Assembly: GCA_051251915.1 (NCBI GenBank)
Contig: JBPOGF010000007.1
Coordinates: 1-64,000, forward strand
Reading direction: 5' to 3'
DNA from: Akkermansiaceae bacterium
Lineage (GTDB): Bacteria > Verrucomicrobiota > Verrucomicrobiia > Verrucomicrobiales > Akkermansiaceae
DNA: 64,000 nt
In this document: positions 47,687 through 56,954 of the stretch, one piece after another
How the letters are laid out: every line of letters begins with the position of its first letter
Position numbering within the stretch: position 1 is the stretch's first letter
The notes under the pieces: model-generated
What the model was told of the DNA's origin: nothing
What the model saw: the letters and a program-made list of their open reading frames with translations, nothing else
The model's database searches: none
Program-made: the position numbers and the translations under genes

Positions 47687-48916
47687 TTAGAGGTAAGTTT
47701 TGAGTCTGTTGCAGACTTCGATGACGTTTTCGCGGGTGTTGAATGCTGAGATACGGAAGTATCCTTCGCCTGCTGCGCCGAATCCTGAGCCTGGAGTGAT
47801 GACTACGTTTGCTTCGTTGAGCATCTTGTCAAACATGTCCCAGCTGGTGAGGCCTTCTGGGCAAGCAACCCATACGTATGGGGCGTTTTCACCGCCGAAT
47901 ACTTTGAGGCCGATTTCTGTGCATGCTTCGCGGAGGAGCTTGGCGTTACCCATGTAGTGTTCTACGAGGGCTGAGATCTGTGCTTTGCCTGCTTCTGAGA
48001 AACATGCTTCTGCACCGCGCTGGACTGGGTATGAGGCACCGTTGAATTTAGTAGAGGTGCGGCGTGACCAGAGTTGCTTGATAGAGATGCGCTCACCGGT
48101 GGATGATGCGCCGGTGACTGTGTCTGGGATGGTGATGTAGCCACAGCGAACTCCTGTGAAGCCGCCGTTTTTAGAGAATGAGCGGAATTCGAGTGCGCAG
48201 TCGTGAGCGCCTTCGATTTCGTAGATGGAGCGTGGGACGTCTGAGTCCTGGATGAATGCTTCGTAGGCGGCATCGTAGAGGATGATGGCGTCATTTTCCT
48301 TGGCGTAGTTTACCCATGCTGTGAGTTGCTCGCGAGTGGCGGATGCTCCTGTTGGGTTGTTAGGGTAGCAGAGGTAGACGATGTCTACTTTTTCTTCTGG
48401 GATGGCTGGGACGAAGTTGTTTTCGGCGGTGCATGGGAGATAGACGAGGCCTTCATAGCGGCCTTCTTCGTCTGCTTCTCCTGTGTTGCCGATCATTACG
48501 TTGGTGTCTACGTAGACTGGGTAAACTGGGTCGGTGATGGCGATTTTGTTGTCTTGGCCGAAGATGTCTAGGATGTTTCCGGTGTCGCACTTGGAGCCGT
48601 CTGAGATGAAGATGTCTCCAGCTCCGATGTTTAGGTCTGAGTAGCAGTTGTCTGCGATGGCGTTTCTGAGGAAGTCGTATCCTTGCTCTGGTCCGTAGCC
48701 GCGGAATGTTTCGCGGTGTCCTAGCTCGTCTACTGCTGCGTGCATTGCTTCGCGCACGGCTTCTGGGAGTGGCTCGGTGACATCGCCGATGCCACATTTG
48801 ATGAGTGATGCTGCTTTGTCTGCGTTAGCTTCAGTGTATGCTGCTACGCGTCTGCCGATTTCAGGAAATAGGTATCCTGCCTTTAATTTTAAGAAGTTGT
48901 CATTGATGCTTGCCAT
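47687..48916 (-). CDS. dapL: LL-diaminopimelate aminotransferase
   Basis: [50 protein letters not shown] and TPGSGFG; start ATG 48916. Confidence 0.96.
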   Translation of the reverse strand: MASINDNFLKLKAGYLFPEIGRRVAAYTEANADKAASLIKCGIGDVTEPLPEAVREAMHAAVDELGHRETFRGYGPEQGYDFLRNAIADNCYSDLNIGAGDIFISDGSKCDTGNILDIFGQDNKIAITDPVYPVYVDTNVMIGNTGEADEEGRYEGLVYLPCTAENNFVPAIPEEKVDIVYLCYPNNPTGASATREQLTAWVNYAKENDAIILYDAAYEAFIQDSDVPRSIYEIEGAHDCALEFRSFSKNGGFTGVRCGYITIPDTVTGASSTGERISIKQLWSRRTSTKFNGASYPVQRGAEACFSEAGKAQISALVEHYMGNAKLLREACTEIGLKVFGGENAPYVWVACPEGLTSWDMFDKMLNEANVVITPGSGFGAAGEGYFRISAFNTRENVIEVCNRLKTYL

Positions 48917-49002
48917 GATGGGGCAAATACTTGACGAATCCCGCCGATATGCAAGCGGAAATCGACATTTACGAGTGAACAATTTTCATCTAGTATTTGA
49001 AA

Positions 49003-49275
49003 GTGCCTGCAAAAAAGAACATTCAGAAGAAACTTAACAAACCGCTGGTGGGTAAGACGCTCATTAAGGAGGTGAATCGGCGGATACGATTGGCTAGATC
49101 TCACTGGGATGCGCATAATAATAAGGCGTGTCGGAAGGAAAGGGATCGGGCGATAGAGCTTTATGAGACGTTGACGAAGGAGCAGCGCGATGATGTTCCG
49201 CAGACTTTGAGGGTATGGTTGAGATATCGGAGTGAAAAATATTTTGGTGATCATAGGACTCCGCCAAGTGATTGA
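49003..49275 (+). CDS. small basic conserved hypothetical protein
   Basis: RRIRLARSHWDAHNN.ACR.ER...WLRYRSEKYFG, recalled from small cyanobacterial hypotheticals; GTG start assumed. Confidence 0.75.
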   Translation: MPAKKNIQKKLNKPLVGKTLIKEVNRRIRLARSHWDAHNNKACRKERDRAIELYETLTKEQRDDVPQTLRVWLRYRSEKYFGDHRTPPSD

Positions 49276-49387
49276 TTATTGGTTATTTAATAGTGAATGT
49301 TGGTTAGAGGGGGGTGGAAAAAATTTGTTTTTCTATCAAATCGTGTTGACAAAACCTTCAACTCAAATGAGGAATGGCGCTCACATT

Positions 49388-49759
49388 ATGTTAGATTTTA
49401 CCGAAGATATAGAGGAGTTCATTGAGGACGTAGAGGCAGATCCAGAGAGGAAGCTTAGTGAAGAGGAGCAGAACATCATGAATGTGGTGGAAGTAGCTAG
49501 TATTATAGAGGAAGAGGGGCTTCACGGATTCTGGATGAGCGCGCTGAATCATGAAGCGATGCTTAAGTCGCTGGATGAAGTGGGTGCGCATGCTCTGTTA
49601 GATCTTTTTCAGTCTAGTCAATGGTGTAGTACTAAGTCTCCGGATCAGGAGCTTACAGATGTAGAGCTCAATCATCTTGAAGAAATCGAGGAAGAACTTA
49701 CACCATTACTTGATGAGCTGCCAGATCAGTTGCAAGAGTATTTGGATGATGAAGTGTAA
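49388..49759 (+). CDS. highly acidic DMP19/DUF4375-like protein
   Basis: ATG 49388 downstream of TTGACA (49346); EEEGLHGFW..LDEVGA pattern; very Asp/Glu rich. Confidence 0.65.
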   Translation: MLDFTEDIEEFIEDVEADPERKLSEEEQNIMNVVEVASIIEEEGLHGFWMSALNHEAMLKSLDEVGAHALLDLFQSSQWCSTKSPDQELTDVELNHLEEIEEELTPLLDELPDQLQEYLDDEV

Positions 49760-49959
49760 GAGCTGGTGTTGATTATTGTATATTGAATATGGGTTATTTG
49801 GGAGGTGATTTAGGTTGCTGAACTTATTTCCGTGACAGAAGTGAATGGGGGAGAGGTGATTAATTTTTCACAGGTGGAATTTTGATCTTGTATAACCATT
49901 GTGATCTGGCATTTTTCTTGTTAAGTTATTCAAACTCTTTCACTCTGAAAAATAAAACA

Positions 49960-51138
49960 ATGAAATCGAACAAGATTAAATCTACCTTCCGTGCAGTAGC
50001 CGCTTGCTCAGCGCTTGGAGCATTAAGTTTAGCCAATATTGTGAGTGCAGAAGTGTCTGCTCCGGTAGGCTTTGTGAAGCTCACTTTTAATGCTGAGTCA
50101 GATACCCCGTTCTCACTTCCTATGAACCGTCCTAAGGTATATGGAGGTCAGGTGGTGTCTATTTCTGGGAATGAGATTACTATTTCGGATGAAGATTTTA
50201 CTGCTAGTGAGTTAGTTTATGATGATACGGAAGTGGCTGGTGAACCGGTTCAGCCTGAGAAGTATTATGTGTTGTTTACGACTGGGACGTTAGAGGGTAG
50301 AACTTTTGATGTGACTGCGAATGGAACGGATACTGTTACTGTTGATCAAGATGGGGATACGGATATTGAGGATCTTATTGATGATGCGGGGGCAACTGAT
50401 AATTTTGAGATTAGGCCGCATTGGACACTGGGGACAGCTTTTCCAAATGGTGAAGGTATACCCAAGACTACAACTTTTAGTGTGATCAAAGGCATTGTTC
50501 AGTTCAGAGAAGTCACTGTAGGCACCAATATTCCAATAACCAAAGAATATACCTATTTTGATTCATCGACTGATGATACTTTAGATGGATGGTATTTACC
50601 GAACTCACCAGAAAGTGGTAAAAAAGATAACATAGTGCTATCAAGTAAAACATTCTATGTATTTCGTAATAACGATACAGCAGATTATACTCCAAACATT
50701 ATAGGTGATGTACCATTAGTTGATTTTAGTAATAGTTTGGACAATCATCTCATTGAAAATGATAGTTACAAGGCGATCGCCTTTCCTGTTGCTCTTACTT
50801 TAACTCAAAGCAGGCTTGTAGAGAGCGGAGCGTTTAAGCCTACAACGAGTTTCTCTCTTCGTGATGGAGATACATTACAGGCTTATACATACCCGATAAC
50901 AATATTTAACCAACCGATTAGCACTGAATATGTTTATTTTGATTCTAGTGATGATTCGTTAGATGGATGGTATTTACCAAACTCGCCAGAGAATGGTAAG
51001 AAGGATGATGTAACTGTATTTCAACCAGGAAGAGGCTACATCATTAGAACAGTTGGCCGTGATACAGTGCCAGATCCGACTTCGTTCTGGTTGTCTGAGC
51101 GATATTATGACCCTTTCTATGAAGCACCAACACAATAA
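49960..51138 (+). CDS. TIGR02597-like secreted protein
   Basis: Signal peptide from ATG 49960; PVGFVKL..SDT.FSLP and IRPHWTLGT.FP motifs; internal duplication. Confidence 0.8.
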   Translation: MKSNKIKSTFRAVAACSALGALSLANIVSAEVSAPVGFVKLTFNAESDTPFSLPMNRPKVYGGQVVSISGNEITISDEDFTASELVYDDTEVAGEPVQPEKYYVLFTTGTLEGRTFDVTANGTDTVTVDQDGDTDIEDLIDDAGATDNFEIRPHWTLGTAFPNGEGIPKTTTFSVIKGIVQFREVTVGTNIPITKEYTYFDSSTDDTLDGWYLPNSPESGKKDNIVLSSKTFYVFRNNDTADYTPNIIGDVPLVDFSNSLDNHLIENDSYKAIAFPVALTLTQSRLVESGAFKPTTSFSLRDGDTLQAYTYPITIFNQPISTEYVYFDSSDDSLDGWYLPNSPENGKKDDVTVFQPGRGYIIRTVGRDTVPDPTSFWLSERYYDPFYEAPTQ

Positions 51139-51143
51139 AATTT

Positions 51144-51743
51144 ATGAAAAAAACACTACTAAATATAGCATGTCTTTGCCTTAGTGTAACTACAGCTCAA
51201 GCTGTGGTAACAGTTACTTCAGCAAGAGTTGAAGGATTCCAAACCGCGAGTGGTGATCAACTAACAACAGCTGGTGTACTTGGCATTTTTGTAGTTGATG
51301 CCGGTGGAGATGGATTTGGTGAAATTACACAAGGTTCTACAATAGCTATCGATACAGTGCTGGCTGATGGGAATGATGTGATCTTGAACATTGTAAGTTC
51401 GATCGGAGCAAGTGGTTTCGGTGACGCAAGAATTTCTGGGGTTGGTACTGATACACTTGAAGTTGTTTTAGAAGGAGGAGTTAGTACAGGAGATCAATTT
51501 GCAGTCTATTGGTTCCCAACATTAACTACTTCAGATACTGAATTTGCAGCAGGTGATACTTATGGTGTAGCCAGAGAGTTGAATTGGATACTTCCGGCAG
51601 AAGGAACATCAACACCAACACCTACTACGGTGCTTGCTGCTGGGTTAGCTAACCTTGAAGTGATTGCAGTGCCGGAGCCTACTTCTACAGCGTTGCTAGG
51701 ACTTGGAGCGTTAAGTCTTATTGCGCGTCGTCGTAGGACTTAG
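51144..51743 (+). CDS. PEP-CTERM sorting domain protein
   Basis: Signal peptide and VPEPTSTALLGLGALSLIARRRRT. Confidence 0.95.
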   Translation: MKKTLLNIACLCLSVTTAQAVVTVTSARVEGFQTASGDQLTTAGVLGIFVVDAGGDGFGEITQGSTIAIDTVLADGNDVILNIVSSIGASGFGDARISGVGTDTLEVVLEGGVSTGDQFAVYWFPTLTTSDTEFAAGDTYGVARELNWILPAEGTSTPTPTTVLAAGLANLEVIAVPEPTSTALLGLGALSLIARRRRT

Positions 51744-51778
51744 AGTTCTCTGTCACATTGACAAAAAAATACTTTACG

Positions 51779-51810
51779 AAGTTCCTTGCAGTTTACTGCA
51801 GGGAACTTTT
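51779..51810 (+). terminator. intrinsic terminator
   Basis: AAGTTCCTTGCAG-ttta-CTGCAGGGAACTT followed by TT. Confidence 0.75.
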
Positions 51811-51821
51811 AGGTTTTGGGC

Positions 51822-52490
51822 ATGGAGGTTACTGAATTACTTGGGGGTTCACAGATTAAGGCTGTGTTGTTTGACTTTGATGGGATTATAATGGATTCTG
51901 AGTGGCCGATTTATGAGTCTTGGAGGCGGGTGTTTGAGGGGGAGGGCCAGGTGTTGGATGTGGAGACTTATGTTCAGTGCATTGGGTCTGATTTTGATAC
52001 TTGGTCGCCTGAGAAGTATCTGGAGGAGTTAACGGGGAAGGAGTTTGACTGGCCTACGATTAATGCGAAGCGGCAGGTAGAGTTAGAGGCTGATTTGGTG
52101 GGAGTGGTGCCTTTGCCTGGGGTGAGGGAGTTGTTTGAAAAACTTAGCTCTGGTGAGTGGAGCGATGTGAGGTTGGCTGTGGTTTCTAGTTCATCGCATC
52201 GTTGGGTGGATATGTGGTTGGAGAAATTGGATTTGATTCGGTATGTTGAAGAGGTGGTTTGCCGTGGGGATGCGCCGCGGATTAAGCCGGCTCCTGATCT
52301 TTATTTGGAGGCGGTGAAGCGTTTCTCGCTTAAGGCTGAGGAGTGCTTGGTGATTGAGGATTCACTTAATGGGGTGAAGGCTGGTAATGCGGCTGGGTGT
52401 GTGACTGTGGCGGTGCCTAGTAGGTTGACTGGTTGTTTGGATTTTAGTGAGGCGGATGGGGTTGTTGAGAGTCTCTTAGATTTGTTGTAG
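51822..52490 (+). CDS. HAD superfamily phosphatase (beta-PGM/CbbY-like)
   Basis: FDFDGIIMDSE, VSSS, KPAPDLY and IEDSLNG. Confidence 0.92.
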   Translation: MEVTELLGGSQIKAVLFDFDGIIMDSEWPIYESWRRVFEGEGQVLDVETYVQCIGSDFDTWSPEKYLEELTGKEFDWPTINAKRQVELEADLVGVVPLPGVRELFEKLSSGEWSDVRLAVVSSSSHRWVDMWLEKLDLIRYVEEVVCRGDAPRIKPAPDLYLEAVKRFSLKAEECLVIEDSLNGVKAGNAAGCVTVAVPSRLTGCLDFSEADGVVESLLDLL

Positions 52491-52530
52491 AGTATTTTAT
52501 TAGGGTGTTTTGAATTCTAGGGAGCCGCCT

Positions 52531-52591
52531 GTCATTGGTGGATTGGTTAATGGACAATAGTTTTTGTTTTGGTTGATGAAACGTTCTGGGT
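52531..52591 (+). repeat. dispersed element, copy G
   Basis: gtcattg gtggattg gttaatg gacaata then ttggttgatgaaacg. Confidence 0.65.
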
Positions 52592-52600
52592 ACGGGTGGG

Positions 52601-53074
52601 TTATTGGCGCTTGGTGTTGAATTTTTCTTCTAGGATCTGGGTGCGGAAGTGGAAGATGCGTTTAAGTTGGGCTTTGACGAATAGGGTGTGGACTATTTTG
52701 CCTATGGGGCCGAAGGGGAGGAGGTAGTGGACTTGGTCTTGCATGAGGACGCCGTTTTCGGTCTCAGTGAAGGTGTGGCGGTGGTGCCATATTTTGTATG
52801 GGCCGGAGCGCTGGTCATCGATGAAGTGAGATTTGTCTTCTGCTTGGGTGATCTCGGTAACCCAGTTCATCCAGACGAAGGGCATGAGGCGGATCTTGTA
52901 GCTGATGATTTGTCCTTGGACCATGTGGTCATGGGAGCAGGTGATAATCTTGAATCTTAGGTTTTTAGGGGTAAGTTTTTCTAGGTTTGCGGGAGTAGAG
53001 AAGAATTCCCATGCTTCATCTAGTGTAATAGGGAGTTCTTGTTCTGAGTTTAGGACGTGAATTGGAGTGTTCAT
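52601..53074 (-). CDS. SRPBCC family protein
   Basis: AWEFFSTPANL..LTP, WVTEIT, FIDDQRSGPYKIWHHRH and IFHFR; ATG 53074. Confidence 0.9.
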   Translation of the reverse strand: MNTPIHVLNSEQELPITLDEAWEFFSTPANLEKLTPKNLRFKIITCSHDHMVQGQIISYKIRLMPFVWMNWVTEITQAEDKSHFIDDQRSGPYKIWHHRHTFTETENGVLMQDQVHYLLPFGPIGKIVHTLFVKAQLKRIFHFRTQILEEKFNTKRQ

Positions 53075-53146
53075 ATTTTCAGTATATACTGAAAATACGA
53101 TTATCAAAATTAATATTTGATCATCGTTGGTTTTATTTTGATGAGC

Positions 53147-54463
53147 TTATGTTTGAATCATATCCAGTTGGCCGTTGGAGTCTCCTATTCTTTTGGCTGA
53201 GACGTCCATTCTTTCTAGGAGGGAGAGGTAGAGGTTGGTCATGGGGGTGCCTTGTGGGGCTTGGATGTGTCTGCCTGGGGTGAGTGTGCCTGCGCCACCG
53301 CCTGCTAGGATGATGGGTAGGTCGTTGTGGTTGTGTTTGTTACCATCTCCGATGCTGCTGCCGTAGACGATCATGGTGTTGTCTAGGAGGTTGCCGCCGT
53401 TTTCTCCTTCGGTGGTGTTCTTGAGATTTTGGAGGAAGTAGGCTAGTTGTTCTGTGTAGAAGGCGTCGATCTGGGCGATTTGCTTGAGGGTTTCTGGGTT
53501 TCTGCGGTGGTGTGAGAGGGCGTGGTGGCCGCCGCTGATTCCTATTTCTTTGAAGGTTCTGTTAGAGCCTTCATTGGAGAGCATGAAGCTGGCGATACGG
53601 GTGCTGTCTGTCTTGAAGGCAAGGGCCATGATGTCGAACATGGATCTGATGTGGGCTTGGTAGCCTGCGGGGACGCCGTCTGGCTTGGCGTCTGTGGGGT
53701 AGTGGTCTTGGAAGTGTTCTGCTTGCTCGATGCTTCGTTCTACTTCACGGATGGAGGTGAGGTACTCGTCTAATTTATGGCGGTCTTCTGTGCCTATTTT
53801 CTGGTGGAGGTTTTTGGCGTCTTGGCCGATGAAGTCTAGGACTGATTTGCGTTTGGCGCGTCTTATGGCGTCTGCTTTGAAGTCGCCGGAGCCGAAGATT
53901 TTCTCGAAGGCGACTCGTGGGTCGTATTCGGCGGGCATGGGTGTGGACTCGTCTCTCCAGGAGATGTTGTGCTGGTAGATGCAGGAGTATCCGGAGTCAC
54001 AGGAGCCTGATAGGCGGGAGCGGACGGTGGAGAGTTCTAGTGATGAGAGCTTGGTTTGGTGGCCGATGTGGCGGGCGGCTAGCTGGTCTACTGAGATGCC
54101 GTTGCGGATGTTTGCTCCGGCGGTTTTTTTGGCTTGGCAGCCTGTAAGGAATGTGGCGCTGGCGCGGGCGTGGTCGCCGGGGCCGTCGCCGTTTGATTTT
54201 GCTTTATCGTGGTCTAGTCCGCTGATGATCTGGATGTCATCTTTGAATGGGGAGAGGGATTGTAGTGAATTTGAGAGTGCGTAATTAGAGCCTATGCCGG
54301 TGGGTTTCCATTGTTTGAGGTTTACTCCATTAGGGACGTAGAGGAAGGCTAGGCGGTTTGGGGTGGCAGCTGTGCTCGATGTGTTAGTGACTGCTGCTAG
54401 AGAAGTCATGTGGGGGAGTGAGATGGTGGCTGCGACGCCTTTTAGGAAATTTCTGCGGTTCAT
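53147..54463 (-). CDS. DUF1552 domain protein (Tat leader)
   Basis: MNRRNFLKG, FLYVPNG, SVDQ, CDSGYSC, HHALSHH, LLDNTMIVYGS and HNHNDLP. Confidence 0.92.
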   Translation of the reverse strand: MNRRNFLKGVAATISLPHMTSLAAVTNTSSTAATPNRLAFLYVPNGVNLKQWKPTGIGSNYALSNSLQSLSPFKDDIQIISGLDHDKAKSNGDGPGDHARASATFLTGCQAKKTAGANIRNGISVDQLAARHIGHQTKLSSLELSTVRSRLSGSCDSGYSCIYQHNISWRDESTPMPAEYDPRVAFEKIFGSGDFKADAIRRAKRKSVLDFIGQDAKNLHQKIGTEDRHKLDEYLTSIREVERSIEQAEHFQDHYPTDAKPDGVPAGYQAHIRSMFDIMALAFKTDSTRIASFMLSNEGSNRTFKEIGISGGHHALSHHRRNPETLKQIAQIDAFYTEQLAYFLQNLKNTTEGENGGNLLDNTMIVYGSSIGDGNKHNHNDLPIILAGGGAGTLTPGRHIQAPQGTPMTNLYLSLLERMDVSAKRIGDSNGQLDMIQT

Positions 54464-54466
54464 AAT

Positions 54467-54534
54467 ATGGCTTCGCCATGTCATTGGTCAATAGGCAATG
54501 GTCAATAGTGCCTGGTTGATGAAACGGCTTGGGT
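54467..54534 (+). repeat. dispersed element, copy H
   Basis: ATGGC-ttc-GCCAT, gtcattg gtcaata ggcaatg gtcaata, cctggttgatgaaacggcttgggt (21 nt identical to copy E). Confidence 0.8.
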
Positions 54535-54554
54535 AGTGGTTGGCTAATGGTTGG

Positions 54555-56954
54555 CTATTGGTTGAAGTTTTCTGTGCGGGTTTGTTGGAATGGGGTGCTG
54601 TGGATTACGGCGTGGATTAGGGAGCGGAGGGTGAGGTTGTTTTTCTTGGTGTGGGTGATGATGTCTTCTAGGGCGTGTTTGTCGTAATACTCTAGTCCTC
54701 TGCCGATGCTGTAGGTGAGGAGTTTCTCTGAGATGCAGTGTAAAAAATCATCTGCTTTGTTCTTTCTTAGCACAGATTTCATCTCAGTTCCATTTTTAAA
54801 GCTTTCTCCGGTAATGAGTTTGCCGAAGGTGTCGATGGGTTTTCCTTTGTCGGCGAGTCTCCATTCGCCGATGGCGTTGTAGTTCTCTAGGGTGAAGCCT
54901 AGGGGGTCTAGGAGGTTGTGGCAGGCGGCGCACTCGGCTTTCTGGCGGTGTTCTTCTAGTTGTTTTCTAAGGCTGAGTGAACGGTTGTGCTTGGCATCTG
55001 GTTCTAGTGATGGGATGTCACCGGGAGGAGGAGGAGGGGCGGTGCCGAGGATGTTTTCTAGGATCCATTTTCCACGTAGGACTGGTGAGGTTCTGTCTGG
55101 GTAGGAGGTGAGGGTGAGGACGGAGAGTTGGGTGAGGAGTCCGCCGCGGTGGTTGTGTTCTGTTGGGAATGTGACTTTGCGGAAGTGTTTTCCGGTGATG
55201 CCAGGGATGCCGTAGAAGTTGGCGAGTCTTTCGTTGAGGAAGCTGTAGTTGGAGTCTAGGCAGTCGAGTAGGCTGGTGTTGGTTTTTAGGAGGTGTCTGA
55301 GGAAGTGTTGGCTCTCGCTGATGGCGTCATTTTTGATGTTTTTATTCCATTGAGGGAAGAGTCTGGAGTCTGGGGAGATGACGTCTAGGTCGCGGAGTTG
55401 GAGCCATTGTCCGCTGAAGTTGGTGATGAAGTTTTCTGCCTTGGGGTCATCTAGCATGCGTTCTATTTCTTCTGTTAGAGTGGTGCGTAGCTGGTTGTTT
55501 TTTGCCTTTTCTAGTAGTGTGTGGTCTGGGGTGGATGACCAGAGGAAGTAGGAGAGGCGTGATGCTAGGGCTAGCTCGGAGATGGGGGAGACTGGTTTGT
55601 TAGGATTTGCGGGTGCGCTATCTATGTAGAGGAAGTGCGGGGAGCAGAGCATGGCTTGCATGCCTAGGATGATCTGGCGCTGGAGTATTTCTGGGGTTTC
55701 GTCACTGGGGGTGAGAAACTGGGTGTAGGGTTGGATTTCGCTGAGGTTTACGGGGCGGCGGAATGCTTTATTGGCGAACGTGTGCCAGACTTCGAGTGCG
55801 TAGGCTTCTGCTGTCTGGGATGCGAGTCTGTCTGGGAGGAGGTCTTGATGGGAGGATGGTTTGTCTGGGCGTTTGCCATCGAGTGGTCCTGTTAGTTTGA
55901 GCTCGTGGAGCTGGATGTTTCTGTCGCGGCGAGATTTATCTGGGTGGTTAGGGTCATAGAAATCATTGGTGTAGGCGATGGTGAGGGAGGAGTCTTTGGT
56001 GATGACTACTTTGAGTTTGGTTTGAGTTTCCGCGCTTTTGTGTGGGATTTCTACTTTGGCGAGAACCTTGTGGTGGTCTCTGATCTCTAGGAGTGCTTCT
56101 TCGTTACCAGCTGGGGTGGATGATGCTGCGATTTCTAGTTGGTAAATACCTTCGCTGAGTGAGTGAGTGGGGATGTCTGCGGTTCCGCTGATGTAGAAGT
56201 GGCCGTCTTTGATTTCGTTTGGCTGGTAGTTGAGCTTGTTGATGGGGAATGGGTGCTCGGCCCATGGCATCTGGTCGATGCGGGTGGCTTTGTTTAGCGC
56301 TATTTCTGCGGCTGTTAGGTATTTTTCTATGTGTGCTGGGGAGACGGTGTGGACATCACTGATGGTGTCAAAGCCGTAGCCGGTGTCATCTAGCGGGAGA
56401 AGTTTCTCGACATCAATGGTGACGCCTAACAGATCTTGGATGGTGTTCTGGTATTCATTGCGGTTGAGCCTGCGGAGGACGACTTTGCCTGGGTCAGGGT
56501 TTTCTGGGTCGACGTATAGGATGGTGTTGTCTATCCAGCTGGTGATGCGTGATGTCTCGGCGGTTTTTGGTTGAGGTTCATCGACTGGGGGCATGAGCTT
56601 GAGGTCGAGGTGCTCTTTGATTTTGTGCCAGCTTTCACGATCTTGGGTCATGCTGGCGAAGGAGGTGTATTTATCTAGGTCGAGCGAGCCTTTGTCTGAG
56701 CCGTCCATGTGGCAGTCATAGCAGTACTGCTCCATGATGGGCATGATTTCATCTTGGAAGGTGGTGTAGTGAACCTCTGGGTCAAGGGGAGGTTGAGCGG
56801 GGGCTGTGTGAGCAGCGAGTGGTGGGTAAGAGGTGCTGAGGGATGGTATAGTAAGCATGCTCCCGTAATACCATCCTAGGAATCCGCACAGAAGCAGGAT
56901 GCTGGCTAATAGTAGCCGCTTTCCTGTTTTTAGGGATTGTTGGTGTCTTCTCAT
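54555..56954 (-). CDS. DUF1592-family protein (DUF1587/1592/1588/1585) with two CxxCH motifs
   Basis: YCYDCH, LRRLNRNEYQNTI.DLLG, LASRLSYFLWSSTPD, TSPVLRGKWIL, CAACH..LDPLGF.LENY; ATGA overlap with the moeB stop. Confidence 0.92.
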   Translation of the reverse strand: MRRHQQSLKTGKRLLLASILLLCGFLGWYYGSMLTIPSLSTSYPPLAAHTAPAQPPLDPEVHYTTFQDEIMPIMEQYCYDCHMDGSDKGSLDLDKYTSFASMTQDRESWHKIKEHLDLKLMPPVDEPQPKTAETSRITSWIDNTILYVDPENPDPGKVVLRRLNRNEYQNTIQDLLGVTIDVEKLLPLDDTGYGFDTISDVHTVSPAHIEKYLTAAEIALNKATRIDQMPWAEHPFPINKLNYQPNEIKDGHFYISGTADIPTHSLSEGIYQLEIAASSTPAGNEEALLEIRDHHKVLAKVEIPHKSAETQTKLKVVITKDSSLTIAYTNDFYDPNHPDKSRRDRNIQLHELKLTGPLDGKRPDKPSSHQDLLPDRLASQTAEAYALEVWHTFANKAFRRPVNLSEIQPYTQFLTPSDETPEILQRQIILGMQAMLCSPHFLYIDSAPANPNKPVSPISELALASRLSYFLWSSTPDHTLLEKAKNNQLRTTLTEEIERMLDDPKAENFITNFSGQWLQLRDLDVISPDSRLFPQWNKNIKNDAISESQHFLRHLLKTNTSLLDCLDSNYSFLNERLANFYGIPGITGKHFRKVTFPTEHNHRGGLLTQLSVLTLTSYPDRTSPVLRGKWILENILGTAPPPPPGDIPSLEPDAKHNRSLSLRKQLEEHRQKAECAACHNLLDPLGFTLENYNAIGEWRLADKGKPIDTFGKLITGESFKNGTEMKSVLRKNKADDFLHCISEKLLTYSIGRGLEYYDKHALEDIITHTKKNNLTLRSLIHAVIHSTPFQQTRTENFNQ

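Noticed and set aside
49003..49275. Precorrin-3B methylase label recalled for similar small proteins
   Set aside because: Far too short, no methyltransferase motifs and no cobalamin genes nearby
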